DNA of 64,000 nt from positions 48,670,001 to 48,734,000 of the forward strand of contig NC_043005.1 of the NCBI RefSeq assembly GCF_006345805.1. Direction: 5' to 3'. Numbering within the stretch: the stretch's first letter is position 1; each line of letters starts with the position of its first letter. The translations under genes and the position numbers were made by a program. This document shows, one piece after another, positions 26,932 through 40,693 of this stretch. The notes under the pieces are model-generated. The model did not search any database. It saw nothing but the letters and a program-made list of their open reading frames with translations, and was not told where the DNA came from. This DNA is from Octopus sinensis (Eukaryota).

Positions 26932-27375
26932 TGAAGAGCGGCAGAGTCGTTAGCACACCAGACAAAATACCTTGCGGCATTTCGTCTGTGTTTACATTCC
27001 GAGCGAAGGTGCACGAACACGAGGTCGACTTTGCATTCTGTCTGTCGAGGTCGATAAAATAAAGTACCAGTTGAACGCTGGGGGGTCAATGTAATCGCCT
27101 ATCCCCCTGTGTCCAAATGTCAGGCCCTTTTGTCTGTAGTAGAAAGGAACGAGCTGGCAGAATCGTGAGGATGCCGGGCAAAATGTTCGTCAGCATTTCG
27201 TCCGTCTTTTACGTTCTGAGTTCAAATTCTGAGTTCAAATTCCGCCGGGATCGACTTTGGCTTTTTTATATTTTAGAGATCGATAAAATGAGAGCAATTT
27301 GAGCAAAAAAGGATTCGATGTAATCGACTTTTCCCCCTACCCCAAATTTGCAGGCTTTGTGCTATTATTTGAAAC
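26932..27375 (+). mobile_element. Two tandem SINE family A copies
   Basis: gagcggcagagtcgttagcac... and gagctggcagaatcgtgagg...; second copy ends tttgaaacca. Confidence 0.9.
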
Positions 27376-27559
27376 CATCATTTTTATCACTAGCAACATC
27401 ACCGCCACCCCACCCATCATCATCACAGTGTAAAAATCGGATATAATGTAAAGAAAAGATTATACTAATATTTAAATTAAAAAAAAACAAAAACAAACAA
27501 CAACAAAGATAATAAATAAATAAAGACATAAACAGATAAAAAAGATATGGACACCAGTC

Positions 27560-27590
<31 letters not shown>

Positions 27591-27598
27591 AACGATAT

Positions 27599-27663
<65 letters not shown>

Positions 27664-27767
27664 GACGCATATCATGTGTGTAAATGAGGAAATAAGATTG
27701 TGTGCGGGAGGTGAGGGGAAGCAACAGTCAGCAAGGGATTGAAGGAGCACGGGAGAAGGATGAAAGT

Positions 27768-27804
<37 letters not shown>

Positions 27805-27955
27805 AGATAGAGAGATAGAGAGATAGAGAGATAGAGAGAGATAGATAGATAGATAGAGAGAGAGAAATAGAGAGAGAGAGAGGGAGAGAGGGAGAGAAAG
27901 GCAGAGAGAGAAAAATACAGGATTGTTCTTAGTGATCACACACCACTCAGTTTTG

Positions 27956-28012
<57 letters not shown>

Positions 28013-28183
28013 CACCACCACCGCCACCACCACTAGCACTACTACTACTGCTACTACTAGAACACATCATCGTCCTGAGCTTTATTTTAGTTTTCTGTAA
28101 ATTAGCAAAGGCAATCGAAATGGAATATGGACTTTCAATAGAAAACTGAAGAGGACTATATGTGTATATGTATATATATATGC

Positions 28184-28247
<64 letters not shown>

Positions 28248-28710
28248 AGTATGTATGTATATATGTATGTGTGTGTGTGTGTGTATGTATACATTTATAC
28301 ACACACACACACACACAGAGTAAGGGAGCGGGAGAGTGAGAGAGAGAGAGAGGAGGGAATGTTTACATGTATGTATGTGTATGTGTTAGCACAATTAATA
28401 GCAGGTACTTGCATGTACATTTGTGTATGTATATTTTTTATTTATGCATGCGTGTTAGTATGCAAACGTAAATTCATACGCATAAACAAGATTGTGTATG
28501 AACATAAACGTTGCGTATATATTGTGTCGGCGCGCATGTGTGCGTATATATATATATATATATATGAAGAAAGGACATAAACGGGTTAAAGTTCACTACG
28601 GCTGTTTCAGACGGTTTTTTTTTTGTGATGAATTAATTGATAACATTAAGAAAAAATTTAGTTCGGGAAAATATTGAGATGTGGTATTTGTGTTGGCCCT
28701 CTCATTTGGG

Positions 28711-28747
<37 letters not shown>

Positions 28748-28833
28748 GGTTTCGAGTGTCCTGTCCGTGTTTATTGTGTCGTCTTCTAAGAGTTATACGT
28801 CTTGTCCATGTTGTATTTTTCTACATACCTTAA

Positions 28834-28877
<44 letters not shown>

Positions 28878-28892
28878 TATTTAATATATATG

Positions 28893-28926
<34 letters not shown>

Positions 28927-29388
28927 TGTATGTATGTATGTATGTATGTATGTATGTATGTATGTATATATGTATGAGTCAAGCCTAATTGTGTTTATCT
29001 GCATCACTACCTCCACATCAGTTCGTCCTTGATTTCTCTTATGGTCACTTCTGACGCTGTGGGCTTTGCCCTAGATGAAGAATACGGAGTTTAAGTTCAA
29101 ATTCATTTGAACCCTACTACGTGTTTACTATACTGGACACAACTAGCTCTCATCTATTCTCTGTATCTTTCTGTCTCTGTCAGTCTGTCTCTCTATATAT
29201 GTGTATACACACACATGTGTGTGTATGTGTAAGTATTATACATGTATATATGCATGCATGTATGTATGTATGTATGTATGTATGTATGTATGTATGTATG
29301 TATGTATGTATATATGCATGCATGTATGTATGTATGTATGTATGTATGTATATATGTATGTATGTATGTATGTTTGTATGTATGTATG

Positions 29389-29597
29389 TACAAGGATGTG
29401 TTGAAAAGTTCCTGGCTTTGTTAAAAGAAAATACAGGAGGATCAGTTAATCACGATTTTATTGATCATATTCCCCTCTCAGATTCACACACTTATTGCAG
29501 CGTTCCTTGAGTTTCTTTAAGAACTCGGAAGGGTGGGCCTCCGACCAGACCTTACGCGACACCCTTAGTGCCAGGTAATTCCTTGCACTCGCTCGTA
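29389..29597 (-). mobile_element. Mariner-derived MITE (~205 bp)
   Basis: Imperfect TIRs (ta-caaggatgtgttgaaaagttcctggcttt versus tacgagcgagtgcaaggaattacctggcact on the minus strand), TA at both ends; interior encodes the mariner C-terminus KLKERCNKCVNLRGEY. Confidence 0.8.
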
Positions 29598-30120
29598 CGT
29601 ATGAAAGTGTTACGTTTGTACCTGTTTTGTGTTTGAGTACGTAGATATGCACATAACCTCTGTATTTATCGTGTATGCATGACTGTGCCAGGAACGACGT
29701 ATCCGAAGGTGGGTTGTAGCAATTTGTAACAGTTGTTGTTTAAACACAATAACTGTGAACATGCAACCCTTTGGCACATAAGTGTTCTACGGAACCAACA
29801 TGACGTGAGCCTCAAATACCTGTAATTCTGCCAGGTTGAGAAAAGTATGAGAACCATTAAAACTGCCGTGTGACAACCTGTATTTGAACAAGCTGCATGG
29901 GAACAGTGTATAATATGTCGCTCGGTTTAACGTAACTACCTTTTGCAGCGGATTTCATTCAATATACTTCAAATGCTTGAACCAGGTTTCCAACTGCACT
30001 GCAAAGCATCGGCGTGCTTTCTTCCTCTTTTCTCTCTCTTTCTTAGAACATTCATAGATCTCCAGTCTATTTACGATAAAAGTATATTACCCATGTATAT
30101 ATTCTCCTGTAGAGGTGTGA

Positions 30121-30178
<58 letters not shown>

Positions 30179-30184
30179 ATACAT

Positions 30185-30384
30185 ATATGTATAGTTAATC
30201 CAAACATGAACAAAGAGAAAAACATAACAACGCGAAGACGTATAGTGTTATTGGACGCTCAGGAAGAAAGAAAGAAAGAAGGAGGATTTAACGTTTCGAG
30301 CCGAGCTCTTCGTCTGAAATATAGAAAAAGGAAAGGCCCAAGGAAGGGAAGACGGAGAAAGAAAATCGCCAACGATACACACTG

Positions 30385-30390
<6 letters not shown>
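30185..30390 (-). mobile_element. Penelope-like terminal repeat, third family, with hammerhead-like motif
   Basis: Minus strand reads attt-cagacgaa-GAGC-tcg-GCTC-gaaacgtt-aaat; 3' end also present at about 3800-3870 (+). Confidence 0.6.
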
Positions 30391-30424
<34 letters not shown>

Positions 30425-30590
30425 TAGAGTTTGTATGTACAACTTGATGTAGGACGGCTACTTAGAGTTACACGTAGAATTTTTAGTAGAAGACACTCGC
30501 CCGAAGTGTCACGCAGTGGGATTGAACCGGAACCATATGATTGTGAAGCAAGCTTCTTACCACACAGCCACTCCTACTATATATATATAT

Positions 30591-30622
<32 letters not shown>

Positions 30623-30628
30623 ATATAG

Positions 30629-30659
<31 letters not shown>

Positions 30660-30924
30660 GATGCATGTATGTATGTGTATATATATGGTATGTATGCATG
30701 TATAGATTTATGTATACATATGCATATATACTGAGAATGACCAGAAGTATTTATTGTCATCGATAAATCTTTAAGTAATGTGATATCTATGAATCATTGA
30801 TACGGAGTTTGTAAATCCAGTACCCAAGCTATTTTTTCAGTGTCATACCTATTATTACTGAAGCAACAGGATTCATACCAATCCGAGGTTATACTATATA
30901 TATATGTGTGTGTGTGTGCGTGTC

Positions 30925-31150
30925 ACGATGTTCCCTTCACCAGCCTCCACCGCTTAATAAGCGGTATTGGTTTATTTACGTCCCTGTATTCTAGCAGTTC
31001 GGCAAAAAGAGAATGATAGAATAAGTACTGAGAATTAAAAGAAATAATGTACTGGTTGGTGGTGTTGGGTCGATTTGTTTGACTAAAAACCCTTTAAGTT
31101 AGTTGCTCCAGCATGGTTACAGGTCAATGACTGAAACTAGTAAAAGTTAA
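30925..31150 (+). mobile_element. SINE family B, 3' half (a head fragment lies on the minus strand at 30480-30575)
   Basis: gttcggcaaaa...gatagaataagtact...ctccagcatgg...aatgactgaaac. Confidence 0.8.
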
Positions 31151-31478
31151 AACGTAAAACATACGTAAAATGAAAAAAAAAAATCGATGCAAAGACAAAC
31201 CAAAACAAATAATTTTGAGTCATTCATCTACTGTTCTCAGTTCAAATATTGACTTATGTCGAGAGCTTCTTGAGGCGGTAAAAAGGAACTCTAGGTTTAT
31301 ACATTTTCCTTTTACCTTTTCTCCTTTCCTTTCCTTTCCCATCGGAAATGATTCAATCAAACCTAGCCTCTACCTTTCCCGCCAATCCTACGAATTCGTG
31401 AACTTTTGCCAATATAAGAAATTAACAAGGGAATATTTGTAGAATTTGTAATATTTCTATGTCTTTCCAAACACACCT

Positions 31479-31556
<78 letters not shown>

Positions 31557-32116
31557 CCTAAAAACATTTTCATCGTAGACATTGACATAAAATTTACCTT
31601 GCAAAAATGACCTTTAATATCAATGAGCTCTACAAACAAACACATCTGAAAAGAACGTGTAATAGAGTTTTGGTGAAATTTAAATTGCTGCTGGAATTAA
31701 CGATATGGAATTGATAGCTGTCCAAAAAGTAAAAGAACTAATACGTGAAGAAAGCGAAATGAGTTATTCTAATCACAAGAATGGCTGTTATTTAAATTGA
31801 ACCTCGAGAGAGTACTAATGCGGAATCTAAGTTGTTTTCTCCAAACAAAATCTCACAGTTCAAGACGATCACCAAACACTAAGAACTGTGTTGATTTGCA
31901 ATGAATAACAACAGCTGCCTTATTTGTTGCTCAGCTATTTTTATTACTTGTCACACATGTTGTAAAGTTCTAGTTAAAGCGGACACGAGTCATTAAAAGG
32001 CATAGATACCAAAAACCGAGTCCGATAAAATGAGAGCCAGTTGATTACCAGGCTTCGATAAAAAGGATCATACACTTCCCTTCCCAATAAAAATAATAAT
32101 AATGATGATGATAATG

Positions 32117-32179
<63 letters not shown>

Positions 32180-32185
32180 GGTAAT

Positions 32186-32390
32186 AAAGGTTTGCTGTTT
32201 TATTGAGATCGAAAAAAATCGAAATCACAAGGCGGTTGCAATTCCAGTGATTGTAGGAATACCAGGAATGAGTAAAAAAAAAAGGAACTAACTGAAAATA
32301 CGATTTGAGAATGATTCCAGGCTTACCATCCTTGCAAGAAGTGCAAAAGATTGAGAAAAGCACACGTATACGTATTGGGAAAAGCATTGT
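32186..32390 (+). pseudogene. R4/Dong-type non-LTR retrotransposon, C-terminal RLE fragment
   Basis: Translates IEIEKNRNHKAVAIPVIVGIPGMSKKKGTN*KYDLRMIPGLPSLQEVQKI, matching the PVIVGALG...IPG.PSLQEIQK end of RLE-type ORFs. Confidence 0.8.
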
Positions 32391-32504
32391 TGCTGCGGAA
32401 ACGATTACCACCCATGTCAATATTTTCTTTCCTACATAACTCCATTTGATTTTGTAAATTAACAATTTGGTGTGTTTATTTTAACGGCCTATTAATGTAC
32501 ACGG

Positions 32505-32587
32505 TGAGTATCTTTGCCCTAGGTGACGGCAAGACATTCGGCAAGAAATGGAGACATTACGACAAAACTGAAAGAAGTAAAACTCGG

Positions 32588-32592
<5 letters not shown>
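32505..32592 (+). mobile_element. Probable 3' UTR of the R4/Dong-type element, followed by (AAT)n
   Basis: gagtatctttgccctagg...cggcaagaaatgga; second copy at 59043-59115, also followed by (AAT)n. Confidence 0.65.
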
Positions 32593-32654
<62 letters not shown>

Positions 32655-32657
<3 letters not shown>

Positions 32658-32810
32658 GTTTCAAATTTTGGCTGAAGGCCAGCAAGTTCGGGGGAAGGGG
32701 TACGTTGATTACATCGACCCCAGTCATGAAATGGTACTTATTTTATCGACCCCGAAAGGATGAAAGGCAAAGTCAACCTCGGCGGAATTTGAACTCAGGG
32801 TTTACATAAA
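32655..32810 (-). mobile_element. SINE family A
   Basis: Family core motifs directly after (AAT)n. Confidence 0.88.
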
Positions 32811-33081
32811 AGATGAGAGCGAGAGGATTTGGGAATGAAATAAAATGTAAACATAGTATACACAGATCTATGATGCATTCCTCATGGTGCAGGAGAACTA
32901 GGGTCAACCAATGGAACCCTATAGATCCAAGATCATCCTGACCATAAAGGGAAGGCACACGCCCTGGCCTAACTGTTGGTCTCTAATCTATAGGCGCATA
33001 TTTAGAGTAGGTCCATTTACTCTTTTATCACTATTACCACTATTTTGGTCTTGTAGTTGTATTTTAAAACATTATCATCAC

Positions 33082-33134
<53 letters not shown>

Positions 33135-33136
<2 letters not shown>

Positions 33137-33460
33137 TAGTCAGAGAGCAGCACACACCATCAAAGTGACGTTGGGGTACAACTATACGAAGTCCGATAGG
33201 CCCATCATGACTACCTGTCTGATAAGGACATACCAGGCACATACGTCAAAACCATGTGTGCGCGACATAGTAATCTCATATCAAGATAAACAACACGTTT
33301 CCAGGGATGAATTATTCAAACCACCCAAAATTCCTCTCAACACTTGTCTATGATGCTCCCCCAATCCTTCTGCTCATGATCTGAGATACCCATATCCTCA
33401 GCCACTAACACAAATGCCCAACTGGCTAAGGCCAAGCAACAAACAAGCAAACCTGTGATA
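33135..33460 (-). mobile_element. Internally deleted copy of the 575-bp (TAA)n-embedded repeat
   Basis: Reverse complement aligns to about 58480-58650 and 58760-58915; (TTA)n on both sides. Confidence 0.85.
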
Positions 33461-33464
33461 CTAC

Positions 33465-33532
<68 letters not shown>

Positions 33533-33959
33533 AAAAAGGTAATATTTATTCCCATTTATAAGTGGATATAGTAGTAGTCATGGTTTAAGAAATACATAAA
33601 GTGTTTCCAGTCTTAGGTTAGGCATATCTTGGCGAATGCGCATAGAAGAGACCAAGATTAAAGAAAATGTTCTCTAGAAAACATTCACATGTTACAAGGA
33701 TGCCCGAGATTAAGGAGAAAGAATGCCAAGGGGTTAACAAAAGCGTTCCTGGTTAACACCACGAAAACACCTTAACATCGTTTATAGGTCCGAGTGTAGG
33801 AAAGAGCCTATGTCTATTTTCATAGTTAATATGAAATCGTTCTGAAATAAAAGGAAAACATATACAGTCGTATAACACTTTTCTTGTGCAAGTTAGAAAT
33901 GCGATGAGAAACAAAGTTCTTGATTGTCATAATGTCTTTTTCTTTTTGACTGTTCGGTA

Positions 33960-34090
33960 TCATTCTTCAGCTTTCCAGCTCGCTTTTGCACATCATTATA
34001 GTCATTTAGTATTGCTATGTCGATAATTAATTTGACATTTTCATTCCTGTGACAGAGAATAGTGTCAGGTTTATTATATCTGGTGTTTTA
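33960..34090 (-). pseudogene. RLE (PD-D/ExK) endonuclease fragment of an R4/Dong/NeSL-type element
   Basis: NKPDTILCHRNENVKLIIDIAILNDYNDVQKRAGKLK resembles NRPDI......CLIIDIAIPND....K..EK..KY. Confidence 0.75.
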
Positions 34091-34902
34091 TTGAAACTAC
34101 TTTCATATCGTTATTTTCTTAGACAGATGGCAGGTTCACGAAATCTAGTGAATTGCCGTATGGAAATCAACTTTCCAACATTAACTGGATCTACAAGTAT
34201 ATTTCGTCAGACTTAGCATAGGACATACTGATACAATATAATGAATTGTATCAGGAAGGGATTCCATAGCTAATATTTGTGATCTCCATTTTAGGAGTTG
34301 TGGACACTCCTTTCAATGCATCAAGCGGCAGCGGTATGTTCATGTATCACGAATGTTGTTGCTCCCCAGTCTAATGTCATTCAGGCCAGAGGTAGTCTTA
34401 TATTTATATACGAATCGTCGAGCAACCGAGTCTGTCCGATAATGCTTGCAGGATGATAAAATCGTAGTTTATCTGCAACTATATATGTTCACAGCCATGT
34501 GTGAGGGACATACGGTTATTATCTCTAACAAACAGAGTAACCACGCAGAGGCAATCGTTATTGAGTGACCAGTAGTCAGCACTGAATCAACAAACTATTT
34601 TGCTATTCCCATCCATACTGGCTTTATTCATAGTCACTGTGACTAGCAGTACTTTACCTATTAACATGTTTTCTTTTGTAAAGACGAGACATTTGACTAC
34701 TAATTCTAGCAAGGAAAGTAACCGTGGAGACGCTCACTCGCTGGCTATCGAGAAGAATGCCTTTATGACTTAGCCGTAGATTAGCCTCGAACTACCCGAT
34801 CATTGATTGTAACATGCCCGTCTTGTCTTTTAATCAGTCTTAGTTATAACTGGTGCTACATTATGCAAGCCGCCTTTCCTTCTGTGATTTGACAGGTAGA
34901 AG

Positions 34903-35220
34903 GAGCACTCTGTCGGTTACGACGACGAGGGTCCCAGCTGATACGATCAACGGAACAGCTTGTCCGTGAAACTAACGTGCAAGTGGCTGAGCACTCCACA
35001 GACACGTGTACCCTTAACCTAGTTCGCAAAGAGATTCAGCGTGACACAGAATGTGACAAAGCTGGCCCTTTGAAATACAGGTACTACTCATTTTTGCCAG
35101 CTGAGTGAACTGGGGCAATGTGAAATAAAGTGTTTTGCTCAATGCGTCGCCGGGAATCGAACTCACAAACTTACGATCATGAGCCGAATGCCCTAACCTC
35201 TAAGTCACGCGCCCTCAGGT
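34903..35220 (-). mobile_element. Near-complete SINE family C
   Basis: tRNA-like head ggcgcgtgacttagaggttagggcattcggctcatgatcgtaagtttgtgagttcgattccc, then cagttcactcagctggcaaaaatgag core. Confidence 0.9.
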
Positions 35221-36673
35221 ACTGTTGGCATGTCGAACAACTCCCTCGCTAGTTCTATAAGTCGTTGTTGTTGTATTATACCTTAGTCAGATCTGATTCG
35301 GTAGACCTATCATTGAGACCATGCCGGTTGCGATCACTCCGTTTTTACTCACTATATCTAAGATTATTGCTGCCAATGTGCTTATCTGTTTATTAACGCT
35401 TTCTCCCTCACACATACACACATACTCACGCACACATTGCATACGTGTACACACACACACACGCACACACACACACACGCGCGCACATGTATCAGTCAAA
35501 TCATATCACAGGTATGAGGGAGACAGACAGGAGGAAGAAAGAAGAGCGTATGTTTGTATATGGTATGAAGTAGGAAGATATTAAAAGTAAAACTCCAGCA
35601 TCCGAGTAATCCGTTGTGGGTTTGGGTCGGTCGGCTATAAGTAATTCAATCAAAAAAGGCAACGAATTCAATTAAAAATAAACGTAACGTCAATGTATTT
35701 TGCGGTGAGGAAAGAGTAAAATGTTTCGGACCTAGGCTATTTATCAAGATTTAGAGGGGAGATAATAAGAAAACGAAAAAAAGCCTGTGTGTAGTAATCT
35801 AAGAATCAAATATTTCTTTTCCTGTTATCTAGCTTCTTTTTCTTGATAAAGGGACTACGCCCGAAATATTGATGCTATTCAATTTTCCTTACGGTAAAAT
35901 ACATTGATTTTTACATTTATATCTATTATTACTTTTAATATTACTTTTTCCCTTGAAATTATTAACTCTGTGGAGATCACATACACAACAACAACAGAAG
36001 GTACACGTTGTTTACATGGCTGAATATACCTATAAAATGCAAATGATTTTGACTTCAAGAGATGAATGATCAATATGTAAACGACTCGTACATCAAGGGA
36101 CGACTTATCAATGGTTGTTTAATACTAATGCCTTTGACGTTTTAAAGATGAGAGACAACATTTTCTTGGATGTCATGGTTGCAATAAACTAGACCACATG
36201 TGATTCTAACACTTTAGTATCCAGTCCACAGAAAAACCCTATTATTGTTGCTGTCATTGTTGCTGTTGTTGTTATTGTTGTTGTTGTTGTTGTTATTTTT
36301 TCCTTCACTGAAAATTGTCATTCGAGTTTTATTATATCTCATCCCATAAGTATAATCCTTTCTTTATCTACAATGAGAACCATCAAAGACTAGTATTACA
36401 ATGCAACACAATACAATAACAATACTAATTTGACAATAGAATACAGTATCATACACTGGACAAACAACGTTCGGCGTTGTATAGGTGAGGACGACGCACA
36501 CACGCGCACGCGCATACTCCACCCGCACAAAGACACACTCCTACATGTTATATGTGTGCGTGCATTTATGTTTGTGTGCATGTATGATATAATATATGTA
36601 CATGTATATTTACATATGACTATACATAAGTATAATATATATATATATTTATATACGTACATATATATGTGTG

Positions 36674-36744
<71 letters not shown>

Positions 36745-37205
36745 ATATATATATATACACACATATAAATATATATATACACACACACATATACATATAT
36801 GTACAAACACACACATATATATTTAGTATTTTCAAAAATATAACACGTATAAATATAATGCTTTTTCTCTATTTAATTGTAGAGTATGTTGCGAGAAATT
36901 TTGCTGTAATTTCTAAAAAAGATAATCGACAACGGAGGTAAAAACGTTCTATGGCCACGCATACTTGACCCAATAGTCCAGAAATTCTCCTTATTATTTA
37001 AGATATCCTGGGTTTGTAATAGCCAGCTTTGTCACACATGCTGTAACATTAATTCTGCCTGAGGATTACATAAAGTGCAAATATGCGTGTGAAACGCTTA
37101 ACCAATTACACGTCAATATAATGAATAAAGTAATTCAGTTGGTTCAACGACTGAATAGTCATCGTCGAAACCGACGAAGTTCTATGGAATTATAGACACA
37201 CACAC

Positions 37206-37252
<47 letters not shown>

Positions 37253-37339
37253 ACACAACACACATATATATATTCATACATGCAAATGCACGTGCGCACA
37301 CTGACGCAGAGTCACATACGTATATATGTATATATATAT

Positions 37340-37376
<37 letters not shown>

Positions 37377-37528
37377 CAAATGTCTGTATCTGTCTTTTTA
37401 TCTGTCTAGCTGTCTGTGTGTCCGTCTATCTGTATGTATGTTTGTATGTTTGTATGTATGTAAGTGTACACACAGACACACACACACACACATAAGGAGA
37501 GGACCAGGCTCTTTCTAAATTCCGATAG

Positions 37529-37657
37529 GGACATCTGTTTACTGCCCACTCTTATATTTCACAATGATGCGCCACAGAAGTGTTTGTCGGTTCTCTCAAC
37601 TGGCCGTTGACCATTCGATGTTTTTGAGAGACTGCTGTGCAAAGGAAGAGAACGATG
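37529..37657 (+). other. Candidate exon (129 nt, phase 1-1, open in one frame)
   Basis: ctctttctaaattccgatag acceptor; strong donor ATG|gtaagt at 37658; unique sequence. Confidence 0.3.
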
Positions 37658-38097
37658 GTAAGTGTTTAAATGTACATGATTAAAGATGAAGACGAAAATG
37701 ATGAAGACGATGTTACTACTGATGATGATGATGATGATGATGATGACGACGATGACGATGAAAAGGAGGAGTAGGACCGTGACAATAACCGCGATGACGA
37801 TTACAAGATAAGCTTCCCTTTATTTTTAATGATGCTTTCCTAAAATACACACTTCATCAAAGCCACACTAGCAACCGCGTCTTTTACTTTACATCGTAAA
37901 ATCACAACGATGTTCTGTAATGAAGCTACACTGGCTGGTACATACACACTCGTGTCTTTACGAATCAGTCATTAAGCCATTCTGTGTGCAGTCAATAGAG
38001 ATACTAGAACCAACAGCCAAATATGTTTAAAATCATACAGACACATCGACGCTCAATAAAAGCAAAAAAACCACTGAAATAATAATGATAATAAATA

Positions 38098-38660
38098 AGG
38101 CCTCGCAGTTTTTGAGAGTAGGGATTAGTTGATTGGTACATATTTTATCGATCCCAAAAGGATGAAAGACGACCTCGGAGAAATTTGAACTCAGAAAGTA
38201 AAGCCCGTAAAAAAGCCGCTAAGTATTTTGACCGGCGTGCTAACGATTCTGCCATCTCAGCGCCGTAAATAATCATAATAATAATTCTATCTATTGCTGG
38301 CACATGACCTCAACTTTTGAAGTGAAGGGAAAGGTGATTACATGGACCCCTAGTACTTGATTTGGTACTCTATTTTTTCGACCCCGAAAGTATAAAGAGT
38401 GTTGTTGACCTCTGCGGTATTAGAACTCAGAACGCAAATTATTGAAAGAAATACTGCAGCAAGTTATTTGGTTCGCGATCTAATAATTCTGTCAAAAGCA
38501 CAAGGCTACAATATTGGCGTGTGTATGTAAAGGATTGATCAATTATATCGATCCTTGTAACGGAGGGATAAAAGGCAAAGTTAACCTTGGCAAGATTTGA
38601 ACTCAGTGTGTAAATAGCCAGAGCAAAATACTGTCCGATGCTCTAACAATACTGCTAACA
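38098..38660 (-). mobile_element. Three tandem SINE family A copies
   Basis: Core repeated at about 38150, 38380 and 38570. Confidence 0.85.
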
Positions 38661-38686
38661 GTAATTTTTCTTTTCTTGTATTTCAG

Positions 38687-38784
38687 TTGAAACTCTACGC
38701 CGCAGAGGTCCATATCTATTCACTGTGGCATTTAACAGCAGTATGGATCTGTAATCGAAACGGTTAATTTTCTGCAACACTGAG
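38687..38784 (+). other. Candidate non-coding (or stop-containing) exon, 98 nt
   Basis: Strong acceptor aatttttcttttcttgtatttcag and donor GAG|gtaaac; stops in all three frames. Confidence 0.4.
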
Positions 38785-40659
38785 GTAAACATGTGTATGT
38801 TTCTAGTGTATCTGTGTCTGTACCTGTTTGTTATTCATGGTTTAGTCACAGGATGAAGGAGAACAATCTCATACCGTTCTTATGTTCGGATCTACGAGAC
38901 TGGGGGGCCGTAAGAAGGGAGACAAGAAGAAATTGTTACTGATATATGGCTATAGTAGGACAGGAAATAGGACACAAAGAAAAAAAATTAGAGTGCTTAA
39001 AACAGTGTTGTCTCTACTAAAGGCAGCTGAAGGACTTAAAAGTGGTTGCTAAATCGGGCGAAACGGATTAATTTTTGGACTAAAAGCATGTGTATAAATA
39101 TATGTGCAGGGAATGCGGACACTAGAGAACTAGCAGTATTTCATCATTGTGGACAACCATGACATTCCGTCCGCCACAACAGCATTGAAATCCATAAACC
39201 ACGATTCATATTGCAAGAGACGATACTTGCGCTGTAAAAGCGCTATTGTGGTATTGGAATTCTGCCGTCCTCAATACATATCTCTTCTCTGTGAAAGCGA
39301 TAGACCTATCAGTGAGAGTGAGACAAGATAACTGATGCTTCTTCCCAGCTTTAGAAGGCTACCGGAAATCCAGTCTGTCAGAAATCGCCTTAAAGCTGAC
39401 CGCCAAAGCATGTTTTTCTCTCGAAGTGTGCAACCTAGTCTGCGGCTTAAACACACCTACACACAAATGCTACACATAACAAAGAGGGTGCTTTACAGAA
39501 GTAGGTAATTTCCAAACGAATCGTATGATTATGATTTTGATTTACTTACACCTACGAAATAACCATACATACATGTATACATACGTACTTACGTATACAT
39601 ATGCATATTATACATATATATATATATATGCATGTGCGTATACACATATATACATACATATATATATATATATATATGTATATGCATATGCATGTGTGTA
39701 TACATATGTATGTATGTATGTATGTATGTATATATATATATATATATGCACACATAGGTAGATAAACAGATAAGTAGATAGATATGTATACACACTCATA
39801 CATACATACATACATACATACATACATACATAAGCACATACATATAAACATAGTTACATACATAGATACATACATACATATATACATACGTACGTACATA
39901 CATATGTACGTACATAGGGAGTATGAATCACAATAGGTCGAAAAGAAAGGACAGAAAAAATACATAGAGGATTATTTACCATAAATGCAATCGTAAAGAA
40001 GAATTCATATAAAACATTATAGATTAATATATTGTTTTAATATGAAACAATACTCTAGTGTTTTCCTAAGAGGAATGTAAGAGAATCTACTGAATGTAAC
40101 ATTTGGATAAAGTTATGTAGAGGTTAACAGAGAGCGCAGTATTCATTTAAAGTTACAATCGTGAAAAAAAAAAAAAAAGCCAGAAAAGAAAAGAAAGATA
40201 ACCATTAGCGTTAATGATAATTCTTATGTTTAATCACGGGAGACAACTTGGAAAACCAAACTGAATAAATATTGAATGAGGAGGGGGGGACATATATTAG
40301 ATATAGTTTCAATGGTGTACATATATACATGTCGAAGTATCGGCTTACTAAGTAGCTAACCTTGAACACTTATAAGCAGGGTAACTAAGAGCAAAAACAA
40401 TTAACACGATTTATTTGTGTACTGAAGAGGGACATTGGTAAAACATGCTGAATTCAGACAGAAGTTCAACGGTTGGTGAATAGATGAGTCTCTCTCTTTT
40501 TTTTTTTTTTCCTTTTTTTTCTTTTTTTTTTGCATGAACTTTATGATGTAATTTCTTTGTTACTCTGACGATAGATGATATAAGAGGTATGAATACATAC
40601 GTACATAGCGGCGCGTACACACAGGCCTGTCTATCTGTGGCCTTTGAGATATATGTGTT

Positions 40660-40693
<34 letters not shown>

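Noticed and set aside
35140-35220. tRNA-like sequences at SINE heads (also 41780 and 48758)
   Set aside because: No acceptor stem or full cloverleaf; they continue into SINE bodies.
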